Assembly (NCBI GenBank): GCA_963748895.1
Contig: CAVVKF010000001.1
Span: 480,983-544,982 of the forward strand
DNA: 64,000 bases
Direction of reading: 5' to 3'
Source: an uncultured Solirubrobacterales bacterium
Lineage (GTDB): Bacteria > Actinomycetota > Thermoleophilia > Solirubrobacterales > Solirubrobacteraceae
The position numbers and the translations under genes are program-made. Under the pieces are notes generated by a model. That model was not told the origin of the DNA and searched no databases. It saw nothing but the letters and a program-made list of their open reading frames with translations. Position 1 is the first letter of the stretch. Every line of letters begins with the position of its first letter. Below, in pieces: positions 32,286 through 44,217 of the stretch.

Positions 32286-33541
32286 ATGGCCACGTCTCCC
32301 GACAGCCGACGACGGCAGCCCCGCGAGACGATGCCCCCGAGGACGCCAAGGCAACCGAGCTGACGCTCAAGCAGGTCGCGGCGCGCGCGGGCGTGACGCA
32401 GGCGACGGTCAGGCGCTGGGTGAAGGAGGGGCTCGTGCCCCAGTACGAAGGCGACGTGGACGCCGGCGGCGGCCTCGCACGTAAGGATCGTCGCGCGGCT
32501 GCGTGAGCGCGGGCACAGCGTGAGGAGGATCAGGGAGGCGAGCCAGAGCGGGAAGCTCGCGTTCGGGTACATCGACGAACTGCTGCCGAGCTCCGAGGCC
32601 CGCTACACGCTGCAGCGAGGCGGCGCGCGAGCTCGATGTCGAGGAGGCGCTGATCGAGCGACTGGTCGGCCGCGATGGGGCTGAACGCGCTCTCGAGCGA
32701 GGAGATCTCCGAGGATGACCTGCAGGTGCTGCGCTACGGCGCGGAGGTGCTCGCGGCGGGGTTGCCGCTACCGGCGCTGTTGCAGATCGTGCGGGTGTAC
32801 GGGCAGGCGATGGCGCAGGTCGCTGACGCGGAGGTGCGGCTGTTTCATCTGTACCTGCACGAGCCGCTGATGCGCGAGGGCGTGCCCGGGGTCGAGGTCG
32901 CGCAGGCGATGGAGGGGATGACGCGCGAGATGCTGCCGTTCGCGGTGCCGTTCATCAACTACCTGCACGGGCGGATGCTCGGGTACTTCGTCGAGCAGGA
33001 CGTGATCGGGCACATCGAGTCGGACCTCGACGACGAGGAGACCGCGGAGGAGGGCAGGATGCGCGTGGCGATCGCGTTCGCGGACCTCGCGGGGTACACG
33101 AAGCTGACCGAGGAGCAGGGCGAGGCCGAGGCGGTGGGCGCGGTCGAGCGCTTCGTGGAGCGGGTCGAGCAGACGCTGCCGATCGACGCGCGCGTGATCA
33201 AGACGCTCGGCGACGAGGTGATGGTCGTCGGCGCGGACGCGGGCGCGCTGACGGGCTGGGCGGTCGGGCTGGGCGCAGAGCTGCCCGCCGGATCGCCGCC
33301 GCCGCGAATCGGGATCCACAGCGGCGCGGCGCTGTATCGCGACGGCGACTACTACGGTCGCGAGGTCAACCGCGCGGCGCGTGTGGTCGCCCGCGCGTCC
33401 GGCGGCGAGGTGCTCGTGACGCGCCCGGTCGTGGACGCCGCGAGCAGGCAGGACGGCCTCGAGTTCGAGCTGATCGGCGAGGTGGTGTTGAAGGGTTTCA
33501 CTGAGCCGACCGAGTTGTTCAACGTGTCGCGGAAGAGATGA
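32286..33541 (+). CDS. Class III adenylyl cyclase with N-terminal MerR-type HTH; indels at about 32455-32675
   Basis: LTLKQVAARAGVTQATVRRWVKEGL; FADLAGYT, KTLGDEVM, DYYGREVNRAAR. Confidence 0.82.
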
Positions 33542-33640
33542 TGGGATCTATTTTTTGGGAGACAAGACAGCGTCCTTACCCGCACGACAGCTGTTGGAGC
33601 TGGTCACCACAGTCTGCCGCCGCCAAGAGGTCTTGAAGAC

Positions 33641-34608
33641 GTGATCGTCGCGCAGGTCCGCGAGGCGGTGCGAGCAGGCGGCCTGCTGGGGGAGAATGAT
33701 CTGCGAACCCACCCGGTCGTGGCGATGCTCTCGGGCGGCCGCGACTCAGTCTGCCTGCTCGATGTGGCGGTCGCGCTGCGCGGGGGAGAGCAGCGTGCGG
33801 GCGCTGCATGTGAACTACGGGTTGCGCGGAGCGGAGTCCGAGGCGGACGAGCGCCACTGCGCGGCGCTGTGCGAGGGGCTGGGGGTGGAGCTGGAGATCG
33901 TGCGCGCGAGCAGGGGGCAGGGCGAGACGGGCAACCTGCAGGCGTGGGCGCGGGACGTGCGCTACGGGGCGGCGATCGAGCTGGCCGAGCGCGGACGGAC
34001 GCGCCTCGTCGCGGCCGGGCACACGGCGAGCGACCAGGTCGAGACGATCCTGTACCGGCTGGCGGCCTCGCCGGGGCGGCGCGCGCTGCTGGGGATGCAG
34101 GCCGACGAGGGGCGACTGGTGCGCCCACTACTGGGGGTGACGCGGGAACAGACGGGCGCGTACTGCGAAGCGCGGGGACTGAGCTGGCGCGAGGACGAGA
34201 GCAACGACACAGACGCGTACGCGCGCGTACGCGTGCAGACATGGACTCGGGGCGGCGCTGCGGCGGTGCACCCGGCGGCCGAGGCGAACGTGCTGCGGAC
34301 CGCGAGCTTGCTGCGCGAGGAGACCGAGCTGCTCGACGGCCTCGTCGCGGACGACGCTGGCAGGGGAGCGGAGCATCGCGCTCGCGCGCCTGGAAGAGCT
34401 GGAGGCGGCGCTGGCGCGACTGGTCGTGGTGAATCTGGCCGAGCAGGCGGCGGGAACCTACGTGCCCCAGGCGGGGGATCGCGTGGAGGAGATCCTGGAG
34501 CTGGGTAGGCGCGCCGGCGCCGGCGGCTTGGATCTGCACGTGGGGGGCAACGTGAGCGCGAGGATCGAGGACGGCTGCCTGAGCATGGTCAAGCTCCCGC
34601 CGCGCTGA
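33641..34608 (+). CDS. tilS: tRNA(Ile)-lysidine synthetase; indels
   Basis: MLSGGRDSVCLL, HVNYGLRG, GHTASDQVET, RPLL; upstream of hpt-ftsH. Confidence 0.88.
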
Positions 34609-34613
34609 GGACG

Positions 34614-35186
34614 ATGACGACGACTACACTCCCGCAGGTGGCGATCACCGTGCCCGAGCAGGCTAGGAGCGAGGTCGGCGAGGTGCTCGTCAGCGCCGAG
34701 GACCTGCAGCGCCGGGTGGCCGAGCTGGGCGCGCAGATCTCGCGCGACTACGCCGGCAAGCCGCTGCTGCTGGTCGGGGTGCTGAAGGGCGCGGTGTTCT
34801 TCCTGAGCGACCTGATGCGCCACATCGACATCCCGGTCGAGATCGACTTCATGGCGGTCGCCTCCTACGGGTCGGCGACCGATTCCTCAGGGGTCGTGCG
34901 GATCCTCAAGGACCTCGACGCGGCGATCGAGGGGCGCGACGTGCTGATCGTCGAGGACATCGTCGATTCTGGCCTGACGCTGCAGTACCTGATGCGCAAC
35001 CTGGGCTCGCGCAACCCGCGCACGCTCGAGGTCTGCGCGCTGCTCGTGAAGCCGGCGCGGCGCAAGGTCGAGCTGCCGACGAAGTACGTCGGCTTTGAGA
35101 TCGAGGACCGCTTCGTGGTCGGCTACGGCCTGGACTACGCGGAGCGCTACCGCAACCTTCCGTTCGTCGCCGCGTTGGAGAAGTAG
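34614..35186 (+). CDS. hpt: Hypoxanthine phosphoribosyltransferase
   Basis: VLKGAVFF, VLIVEDIVDSGLTL, FVVGYGLDY. Confidence 0.95.
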   Translation: MTTTTLPQVAITVPEQARSEVGEVLVSAEDLQRRVAELGAQISRDYAGKPLLLVGVLKGAVFFLSDLMRHIDIPVEIDFMAVASYGSATDSSGVVRILKDLDAAIEGRDVLIVEDIVDSGLTLQYLMRNLGSRNPRTLEVCALLVKPARRKVELPTKYVGFEIEDRFVVGYGLDYAERYRNLPFVAALEK

Positions 35187-35281
35187 CCGGAAAATCGGCT
35201 CTCCGTGGTACGCTGAGCGACTGGCGGCCACGTCCAAAGTCCGCGCCAGGACATCCAAATGGGAACCTTAGAGAGAACGTT

Positions 35282-37281
<2,000 letters not shown>

Positions 37282-37288
37282 ACCTCAT

Positions 37289-38269
37289 TTGAGTTCTCAG
37301 GCCACCGCGCCCGGCCGATTCCGCGTGATGGGGATCGTGAACGTGACCCCGGACTCGTTCTCCGACGGTGGAGAGTTCCTCGACGACGGACGCTGCGGTC
37401 GCGCACGGGCTGGACCTCGTGGGGGAGGGCGCCGACATCCTCGACATCGGCGGCGAGTCGACGCGGCCTGGTGCTGATCCGGTCTCCGAGCAGGAGGAGT
37501 TGCGCCGCGTGATCCCGGTGATCGAGGGGCTCACGGCGGCGGGAACGACCGCGCAGATATCGATCGACACGTCGAAGGCGAAGGTCGCCGCTGCGGCGCT
37601 CGGCGCGGGCGCGAGCCTGGTGAATGACGTGAGCGCGTTCCGGGTAGACCCGGGAATGGCCGGGATGGTGGCGGACAGTGGCGCTGAGTGCTGTTTGATG
37701 CACATGCTCGGCGAGCCGCGCACGATGCAGCGCGATCCGCGCTACGACGATGTGGTCGACGAGGTGAAGGCGTTCTTGGCGCAGCGCATGAGCTTCGCCG
37801 TGAGAGAGGGCGTGCGCGAGGAGCGGATCATGCTCGACCCGGGGATCGGGTTCGGCAAGACGGTGGCGCACAACCTCGAGCTGATTGAGCCGGCTGGACG
37901 AGTTGGCGGAGCTGGGTCGGCCAATCGTGATCGGAACCTCGCGCAAGAGCTTCCTGGGCCGGATCGCCGCCGACGCCGCCGGCCTGGCGGAGCCGCTGGA
38001 CGCCCAGCACCGCCTCGCGGGAACGATCGCGACGAACGTGCTGGCGCTGGAGCGCGGCGCGGAGCGTGTTCAGGGTGCACGACGTGGCCCCGGTGCGCGA
38101 GGCGCTGGCGGTGGCGGCTGCTACGTTGGGAAACGGACGATGGACGGCGAGCGACGGCACGACGATCCTGACGACGACGACCGAGCCGACCGGGAAGAGC
38201 TGGCCGAGGATCTCCTCGATGACCGCGCCGGCGGCGGTGGCGAGGATGACGACGGCGAGGACGAGCTGA
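37289..38269 (+). CDS. folP: Dihydropteroate synthase; indels; 3' end uncertain
   Basis: MGIVNVTPDSFSDGG, DIGGESTRPG, DPGIGFGK, GTSRKSF, RVHDV. Confidence 0.9.
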
Positions 38270-38670
38270 ACGAGGATCGCGACGACGATGCCGAGCGCGG
38301 CGCCGAGTCGGTCACGATCGAGATCACCGGATTGTCGCTGTACACCCACCACGGCGTGAGCGAGGCCGAGCGCGAGGTCGGCCAGCGCTTGGTGCTCGAC
38401 CTGCGCCTGGACGTGGGCGAGACCGACGCGACCGCGACCGACGCGCTGGAGGACACGATCGACTACGCGGAGGTCTGCCAGCTCGTCGCGCTGGTCGCCC
38501 AGCAGCGCTCCCACAAGACACTCGAGCGGTTGTGCAGCGTGGTCGCGGACCGGCTGCTCGGCGACTACGAGCTGGAGGGCGTGTGGGTGAAGGCGACCAA
38601 GCCCGAGCCGCCGATCCCACTGAGCGTGGACGAGGTCTCGGTGGAGATCTGGCGCGAGGCCGAGGAGTAG
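38140..38670 (+). CDS. folB: Dihydroneopterin aldolase with acidic N-terminal extension
   Basis: HHGV...E...GQR...D, TDALEDTIDY, LERL, KP.PP. Confidence 0.88.
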   Translation: MDGERRHDDPDDDDRADREELAEDLLDDRAGGGGEDDDGEDELNEDRDDDAERGAESVTIEITGLSLYTHHGVSEAEREVGQRLVLDLRLDVGETDATATDALEDTIDYAEVCQLVALVAQQRSHKTLERLCSVVADRLLGDYELEGVWVKATKPEPPIPLSVDEVSVEIWREAEE

Positions 38671-38735
38671 GCGCCGCCGCCGCGCTCCCCGGTCCGCTCC
38701 AACCGGTCGCCCGGTTCGTGCTTTTCAGTCAGGAG

Positions 38736-39329
38736 TTACTTTACTTCGCTCCCACTCGGGGTGAGCACGTACCACGGGGCGCCGAACGAGCTGATCGCCT
38801 GGCCGGAGGTCTCGCCGCCGCTCGTGCCGTCTCCGGCGTAGTAGTAGAGGGGGTGGCCCTTGTAGGTCACCTGCTTGGTGCCGTCTGATCGGGTGATCGT
38901 CCCGAGGTCCGCGGTATTTGCCCCGCCCGCTGCCTTAGGGCTGGCGGTCGTGACCACAGGCGGCCACACTTCCGCGCAGGCGCCCGAGCACGTCGAGGCC
39001 GGGCCCTTGTCGGCCGCGAACAGATAGACAGTCCGCTGCTTGGGACCTACGACGAGGATGCTGCCGAAGCTGCTGTGCGCTACGGAGACGGTCGCAACGG
39101 TGGCGCTCGCGCCTGTGCTCCCCGCGCCGGCTCCCGACGCTGCGGTCGTGGTGGTGGCAGGGGTGCTGGCGGTCGTGGCGGCGGTGCTGCTTTGTTCGTA
39201 GGCCGAGTTGCCGGCCGCGGAGGCGGCTGAACTAGATGTGCTCCCCCCGCCGCCGCATCCGGCGATCGCGAGCGCGACGAGGCCGGTGGCGCCGAAAGCG
39301 CCGAGGATGCCGACATTTGATCTCTTCAT
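38736..39329 (-). CDS. Secreted lipoprotein with Lipoprotein_15 (COG4315) repeats
   Basis: Lipobox AIAGC; TVYLF..D...STC.G.CA..WPP; R.DG..QVTYKGHPLYYY.GD. Confidence 0.8.
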   Translation of the reverse strand: MKRSNVGILGAFGATGLVALAIAGCGGGGSTSSSAASAAGNSAYEQSSTAATTASTPATTTTAASGAGAGSTGASATVATVSVAHSSFGSILVVGPKQRTVYLFAADKGPASTCSGACAEVWPPVVTTASPKAAGGANTADLGTITRSDGTKQVTYKGHPLYYYAGDGTSGGETSGQAISSFGAPWYVLTPSGSEVK

Positions 39330-39500
39330 TGAGAGCTCCGATTCGATTTCGGTAGTTGACGTTCAATCAAGAGGACGCCTTCGCGAGGCGATCCTTCCCG
39401 TTGTGTGTCCTGCTGCACGCAGATCCTCCCATGACGATCAGCACCGTCGAGTCAAGAGCCCCGGTGATGGCGTGCCGCTGAACGTGGGTGCTCAGGGCGC

Positions 39501-40007
39501 TCAGGGAGTCACCAGAGGCGGGCCGGCCCAGCGCACGCCCTCATCGAGCGGGAGCGCGGCGAGCGCGTCGGACAGACGCTCGCCGCCGGGCGTGGCCAGG
39601 GCGAAGTCGAGCTCGAGCGCGGGGATCAGGACGAAGCGTCGCGCCAGCAGCTGCTCGTGCGGGAGCAGCATGCGCTCATGACGCAGCTCAAGCGTTCCAA
39701 GCAGGAGGATGTCGATGTCGATCGCGCGCGGGCCGTGGCGTACGCCGTCCCGGCGGCCGAGCTCGCGCTCCAGGCGCTTGACCGCGTCGAGCAGCGCCAG
39801 GGGCTCGAGCTCTGACTCGATGCGCAGACAGGCGTTGAGGAAGCTCGGCTGCTCGAGCACCTCCCCGACGGGGTCGGTGTCGTATACCGATGAGGCCGCG
39901 AGCACTCCCACCCCAGCCGCGGGCAGCGCATCGACCGCCTGCTGCAGGTGTAGCCGGCGGTCACCGACATTGGAGCCGAGGCCGAGCAGGCCGATCCGGG
40001 TGGGCAT
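39501..40007 (-). CDS. folK: 2-amino-4-hydroxy-6-hydroxymethyldihydropteridine diphosphokinase
   Basis: LGLGSNVGDR, FLNA, GPRAIDIDIL, LPH...RRFVL.P. Confidence 0.93.
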   Translation of the reverse strand: MPTRIGLLGLGSNVGDRRLHLQQAVDALPAAGVGVLAASSVYDTDPVGEVLEQPSFLNACLRIESELEPLALLDAVKRLERELGRRDGVRHGPRAIDIDILLLGTLELRHERMLLPHEQLLARRFVLIPALELDFALATPGGERLSDALAALPLDEGVRWAGPPLVTP

Positions 40008-40059
40008 TCCCGGGACGGTATCTGCGCACCTGTTGATTCGCTACGCCCCCGTGGGTTGG

Positions 40060-42279
40060 CTACGCCCCCGTGGGTTCGCTCAGTACCTCGCTTGGCCTTT
40101 GGCCTCGACCTCCGTTGGGTCCCTCGCCGCGGCCTTCGCTCGGCGCCTCGCGCAGGCCGATCCGTGCGTGCAGCCGGCGCAGCGGTCGCGGCGCCCACCA
40201 GGTGCGCTCGCCGAGCTTGCCCATCAGCGCGGGGACGAGCAGCGCCCGCACGACCGTTGCGTCGATCAGCACCGCCAGCGCGGTGCCGACGCCGAACTGC
40301 TTGATGAAGAAGATGTGCGAAGTGGCGAATGCGCCGACCGCAACGCAGAACAGCAGCGCCGCGGCGGTGATCAGGCGCCCGGTGCGCTCCAGGCCCTGCG
40401 CGACGGCCTCGCGGGTCGGCAGGCCGTGGTCGTGGGACTCTTTGATGCGGGCGAACAGAAACACGCCATAGTCGGTCGATAGCGCGAACGCGACCGTGAA
40501 CAGCAACACGAGGTTCGACTCCTCCAGCCCGCCAATCGGGCTGAAGCCCAGCAGCGAGGAGAAGTGCCCATCCTGGAAGATCAACACGAGCAGCCCGGCG
40601 CCGACGGCGACCGTTAGCAGGTTCATCAGGAGCGCCATCAGCGGCAGCACAACCGAGCCGGTCATCAGGAACAGCGTGCCGAGCGTGACGCACACGAGGA
40701 TCACGAGCGCCAGGGGAAGGTTGGCGGCGATCGCGGCCTTCTGGTCGATGAACCAGGCCGTCGAGCCGCCTATCAGTGCTCCCTGCGGGTGGACGAGTGC
40801 GCGCAGCCGGTCCACCAGTTGCCGGTTGGCCGGCGAGGCGTCGGAGCCGCGCGGGAGCAGGTCGATCTCCCAGCTGCCGCGGCCGAGGTAACGCGGCGGT
40901 GAGGCCTCGCTCGCCTGGCCCGCGGCGGTCGCTCGCGCGCGGATGGCGAGCGCGTTGACGCTCGCGCCGGGGCCGGCGGATGCGGGCACGACCATCGTGA
41001 TCGTCTGCGAGCCATTGCTCGCGAAGTCCTTGCTGAGCACTTCCGCGATCTGGCGGCTCTGCGAGGAGGCCGGCAGGACGTGCGCGTCGGCAGGTACCAG
41101 CTGCATGTGCAGCGCCGGCGAGGCGATCGCGAGCAGTGTCACGGCGGTGACGAGCGCGACGAGACCGGGCCGGCGCATCACGACCCGGCCGAGGCGAAAC
41201 CAGGCGCCTTGCTCACTCGCCTGCGCGGAACGGGCGGCGCTGCGCTGCATCCATCCCGGCGCGAGCGAGTTCACGCGCGGCCCGAGCGCGATGAGCACCG
41301 CGGGCAGCACGACCAGCGCGACCGCTCCCGCCGACAGCGATACGACCATGCCGCCGATCCCCATCGAGTACAGGAAGCGCAGCGGGAACACGAGCAGCGA
41401 TGCGAGCGCCCCGGCGACGGTCAGCGAGCTGTACAGCACGGTGCGCCCGGCGGTCTGCAGCGTGCGCCTGATTGCGGCATACGTGTCGGACCCGTTGGCG
41501 AGCTCCTCGCGGTAGCGCGAGAGCACGAACAGGCTGTAGTCGATCCCCAGGCCGAGCCCCAGCCCGGTAACGAGATTGACCGCAAAGATCGACAGCCCTG
41601 TGGCCTCCGCGTTGATCAGGCGCAGGGCGAGGAACGTCAGCACGATCGCAAAGCCGCCCACGAGCAGCGGCAGCGCGGCGGCGATCAGACCGCGGAAGAC
41701 CCACAGCGAGAGCAACAGCAGGATCGGGAACGCCAGCAGCTCGGCATTCTTGAGATCGGAGGAGGTGCGCTTGTTGATTTCGCTGAAGGCGACATCGGGG
41801 CCGCCGAAGCGCACTCCCTGCCCAGCCAGCTCCGGGCGCAGCCGCGCGACGGCCGCTGCGGACCGTTCCTGTGTGGAGAACGCGGCGAGCACGGCTGTTT
41901 GGCGGCCGTCGCGCGAGACGAGCTCTGCCAGGTGCGTCGCTGGATAGTCGAGCACGCGCTGGAAGCCGGGCTGCGCGGCCAACATCGCGGCCACGTGTGT
42001 CGCCTCGAGCTGGGCGGCGCGATCGGTCCGTACTTCGCCTGTGCTGGGCACGAGCGCCGCCACGCCGTAGGCGGCTCGCTGGCCGGTCGCCCGTTCGATC
42101 GTTTTTTCGACTTGCTGGTTCTCGGCGCCCGGGTTCTGGAAGTCCTTGTTGGAGCTTTTCAGGATCCTCGTGACCGGCGCGCCGAACGCCGCCGCGAGTA
42201 GGAACAGGACGCCCGCGCCGATCAACACCCGGCGTGCGTTGCCGGTGCCGGTGGCAAGAGCCGAGAGCCGCGCGATCAC
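40060..42279 (-). CDS. MMPL family transporter
   Basis: GLGIDYSLF..SRYREE, TAGRTVLYS, LSTDYGVFL..RIKE, TGRLITAAA, IDATVVR.LLVPA. Confidence 0.9.
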   Translation of the reverse strand: MIARLSALATGTGNARRVLIGAGVLFLLAAAFGAPVTRILKSSNKDFQNPGAENQQVEKTIERATGQRAAYGVAALVPSTGEVRTDRAAQLEATHVAAMLAAQPGFQRVLDYPATHLAELVSRDGRQTAVLAAFSTQERSAAAVARLRPELAGQGVRFGGPDVAFSEINKRTSSDLKNAELLAFPILLLLSLWVFRGLIAAALPLLVGGFAIVLTFLALRLINAEATGLSIFAVNLVTGLGLGLGIDYSLFVLSRYREELANGSDTYAAIRRTLQTAGRTVLYSSLTVAGALASLLVFPLRFLYSMGIGGMVVSLSAGAVALVVLPAVLIALGPRVNSLAPGWMQRSAARSAQASEQGAWFRLGRVVMRRPGLVALVTAVTLLAIASPALHMQLVPADAHVLPASSQSRQIAEVLSKDFASNGSQTITMVVPASAGPGASVNALAIRARATAAGQASEASPPRYLGRGSWEIDLLPRGSDASPANRQLVDRLRALVHPQGALIGGSTAWFIDQKAAIAANLPLALVILVCVTLGTLFLMTGSVVLPLMALLMNLLTVAVGAGLLVLIFQDGHFSSLLGFSPIGGLEESNLVLLFTVAFALSTDYGVFLFARIKESHDHGLPTREAVAQGLERTGRLITAAALLFCVAVGAFATSHIFFIKQFGVGTALAVLIDATVVRALLVPALMGKLGERTWWAPRPLRRLHARIGLREAPSEGRGEGPNGGRGQRPSEVLSEPTGA

Positions 42280-42318
42280 TGCTGCTGTTCCTGGCTGGGC
42301 AGCCAACACATGGGCCGT

Positions 42319-42348
42319 ATTATGAGTGACTGCTAACTAATTTGTCAA
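42319..42348 (-). promoter_or_regulatory. Near-consensus sigma-70 promoter with an imperfect palindrome in the spacer
   Basis: Minus strand TTGACA (42348-42343), 18 bp, CATAAT (42324-42319); spacer AGTTAGCAGTCACT. Confidence 0.6.
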
Positions 42349-42381
42349 GGGGAATGCAAAAAGTTCTCTGCCGCACCCCAA

Positions 42382-42735
42382 TCAGTGGACGACGATCTTG
42401 CCCTTCATGCCTTCCGTCACGTGGAGCGTGCACACGTAGGAGAACGTGCCGCTGTGCGCGAAGCGCACCGTGTAGGAGCCGTGCGTTTGCGTGCGCGAGC
42501 GGAAGCCGTGAAAGGTCACGTTGTGTTCGGTTTCCCCGTCGCGCCATACCCATGTGACGCTGTCGCCGCGGTTGATGCTGAGATCGCCGGGGTGGAAGGC
42601 GATGTCCTTGAGCGTCACCGTATGACTGTCGGCTGATCGGGCGCCACCGCTGGAGCCACCGAAGGCGACCGTTGGCGCCAGTGCCGCGGCGGCTGCCGCG
42701 AGCGCCAGCAGTGTGCCGACTCTCTTTCTAGTCAT
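42382..42735 (-). CDS. Secreted cupredoxin (plastocyanin/azurin family)
   Basis: Signal peptide; HNV and YVCTLH..GM type-1 copper ligands. Confidence 0.85.
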   Translation of the reverse strand: MTRKRVGTLLALAAAAAALAPTVAFGGSSGGARSADSHTVTLKDIAFHPGDLSINRGDSVTWVWRDGETEHNVTFHGFRSRTQTHGSYTVRFAHSGTFSYVCTLHVTEGMKGKIVVH

Positions 42736-42742
42736 GCGCATC

Positions 42743-43408
42743 TCACGAGGCGCTCGCGTCACGATCGCTCCAGCTGGCCAGCCTCAACAGCGTGGCGCTC
42801 GAGACACCGCGGCCGGATACGACGCAGAGGTGGCCGTCGCGCAACCAACTCACCACCGAAGCGCCGTCCTCGCTCAGCAGCCGGTAGGGCACGCCGCCGC
42901 GCCATAAGACCGCGCCGCTGTTGATCTGCGGCGCGGGGTGCCCGGCGATGATCGCGTAGCCGATCCGCCGGCCGCTCGCATCGGCGTAGAACACCGTCGT
43001 GATCGTACGCCCGGCGATCTGGTCACTACGCATCCCGGTGCTGCGCCAGCCGAAGCGGTCCTCCCAGTAGGGGAACTTCACGCCGTCGACCGCGGCGGTG
43101 AGCTCAGTGTGGTTTGTGCTGCTCTCGGGCGGCGCGGACAGTGTTGCTGCGCGTAGGGTCGGCGCGGCGGCCAGATGCATGCTCAGCGTGGGGGAGCTGC
43201 CGCCGCTGAGGACGACGGCAAGCGCCACCACTACGACTACCGCGGCCGTCACTGCAGCGAGCACAGGAGGGTTAAGGGCAAGCCTGTGGCGCCGCCGGGA
43301 AGCGAGGAGCGTGCCCACCTGCCGGTGCAGCGAGTCCGGCGCGCGCTCCTTGCTCGATCGCACGAGCTCGATCAGCTCGGATTCGGTGTGTGGTGGCAGT
43401 TCTGTCAT
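42743..43408 (-). CDS. Putative transmembrane anti-sigma factor
   Basis: Single TM, directly downstream of an ECF sigma; C-terminal W..DG..CVV.G..V....L..LA. Confidence 0.6.
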   Translation of the reverse strand: MTELPPHTESELIELVRSSKERAPDSLHRQVGTLLASRRRHRLALNPPVLAAVTAAVVVVVALAVVLSGGSSPTLSMHLAAAPTLRAATLSAPPESSTNHTELTAAVDGVKFPYWEDRFGWRSTGMRSDQIAGRTITTVFYADASGRRIGYAIIAGHPAPQINSGAVLWRGGVPYRLLSEDGASVVSWLRDGHLCVVSGRGVSSATLLRLASWSDRDASAS

Positions 43409-43417
43409 GAGGTTTCC

Positions 43418-43978
43418 CTACTTGGTAGGACTCCGCTTGCCCTGGTCTCTTCCCGGCGGGCGACCGGAATCTGCGGTGGCTCGGGCGCGAGCCTCTGCAA
43501 CAAGCAGCCGCGCTACCTCCTTGCGTGCTCGGAACAGCCTGGTCGTGATCGTCGCCTCGCGCACACGCAGCGCGCGGGCGGCTTCCCGGTAGGAGAGGCC
43601 GAGCACGTCGACGGCCACCAGGGCGAGCCGGCGATCCTCTCCCAACGTCGCGATCGTCGCGTACACCTCTTGCATCTCCAGCGCCCGCTCGGGCTGGCCC
43701 AGCGGCCGGGGATCGGCCGCGACAACGTCATCGAGCGCGGCCACCGTGACTGGCCGCCGGCTCGCGGTGCGACGGCTCGTGAGGAAGGTGTTGCGCAGGA
43801 CGCGCATCAGGTAGTACAGCTCGTCGTCGCCGCTCAGCACGCGCGGCCGTGCGAGCACGCGCGCGAACGTCTCCTGCACGAGGTCCTCGGCGTCCTCGCG
43901 CGAGCCGCACAGCGCCCACGCGGCGCGATACAGACGGTCCACGTGTTGCGTCAGCGACTGAGGGTCCAGGGTGCGCAT
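43418..43978 (-). CDS. ECF RNA polymerase sigma factor
   Basis: LYRAAW.LCGS.EDAEDLVQETF; GLSYREAA..L......TRLFRAR. Confidence 0.9.
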   Translation of the reverse strand: MRTLDPQSLTQHVDRLYRAAWALCGSREDAEDLVQETFARVLARPRVLSGDDELYYLMRVLRNTFLTSRRTASRRPVTVAALDDVVAADPRPLGQPERALEMQEVYATIATLGEDRRLALVAVDVLGLSYREAARALRVREATITTRLFRARKEVARLLVAEARARATADSGRPPGRDQGKRSPTK

Positions 43979-44217
43979 TTGGGTTTGGTGGCGGAGCGTC
44001 CGGGTGGGAAAACGGCCGACCCCGCTCTGCGAGGGTAGCGCCGCGGGAGATCGACATGTGGTGGGAAGGATTGGCGCGGGGTGGCGTCTACGGAGAACCC
44101 ACGCCTGACGGTACGGATCGTGCTCACGCCTCTACACGGCGCGGCGTAACGGTCACCCGCGGCGTTCTCATTCACGCCTGAACCCCAGGGCCATTGACCG
44201 ATAGTCTCCCTCGCCCA

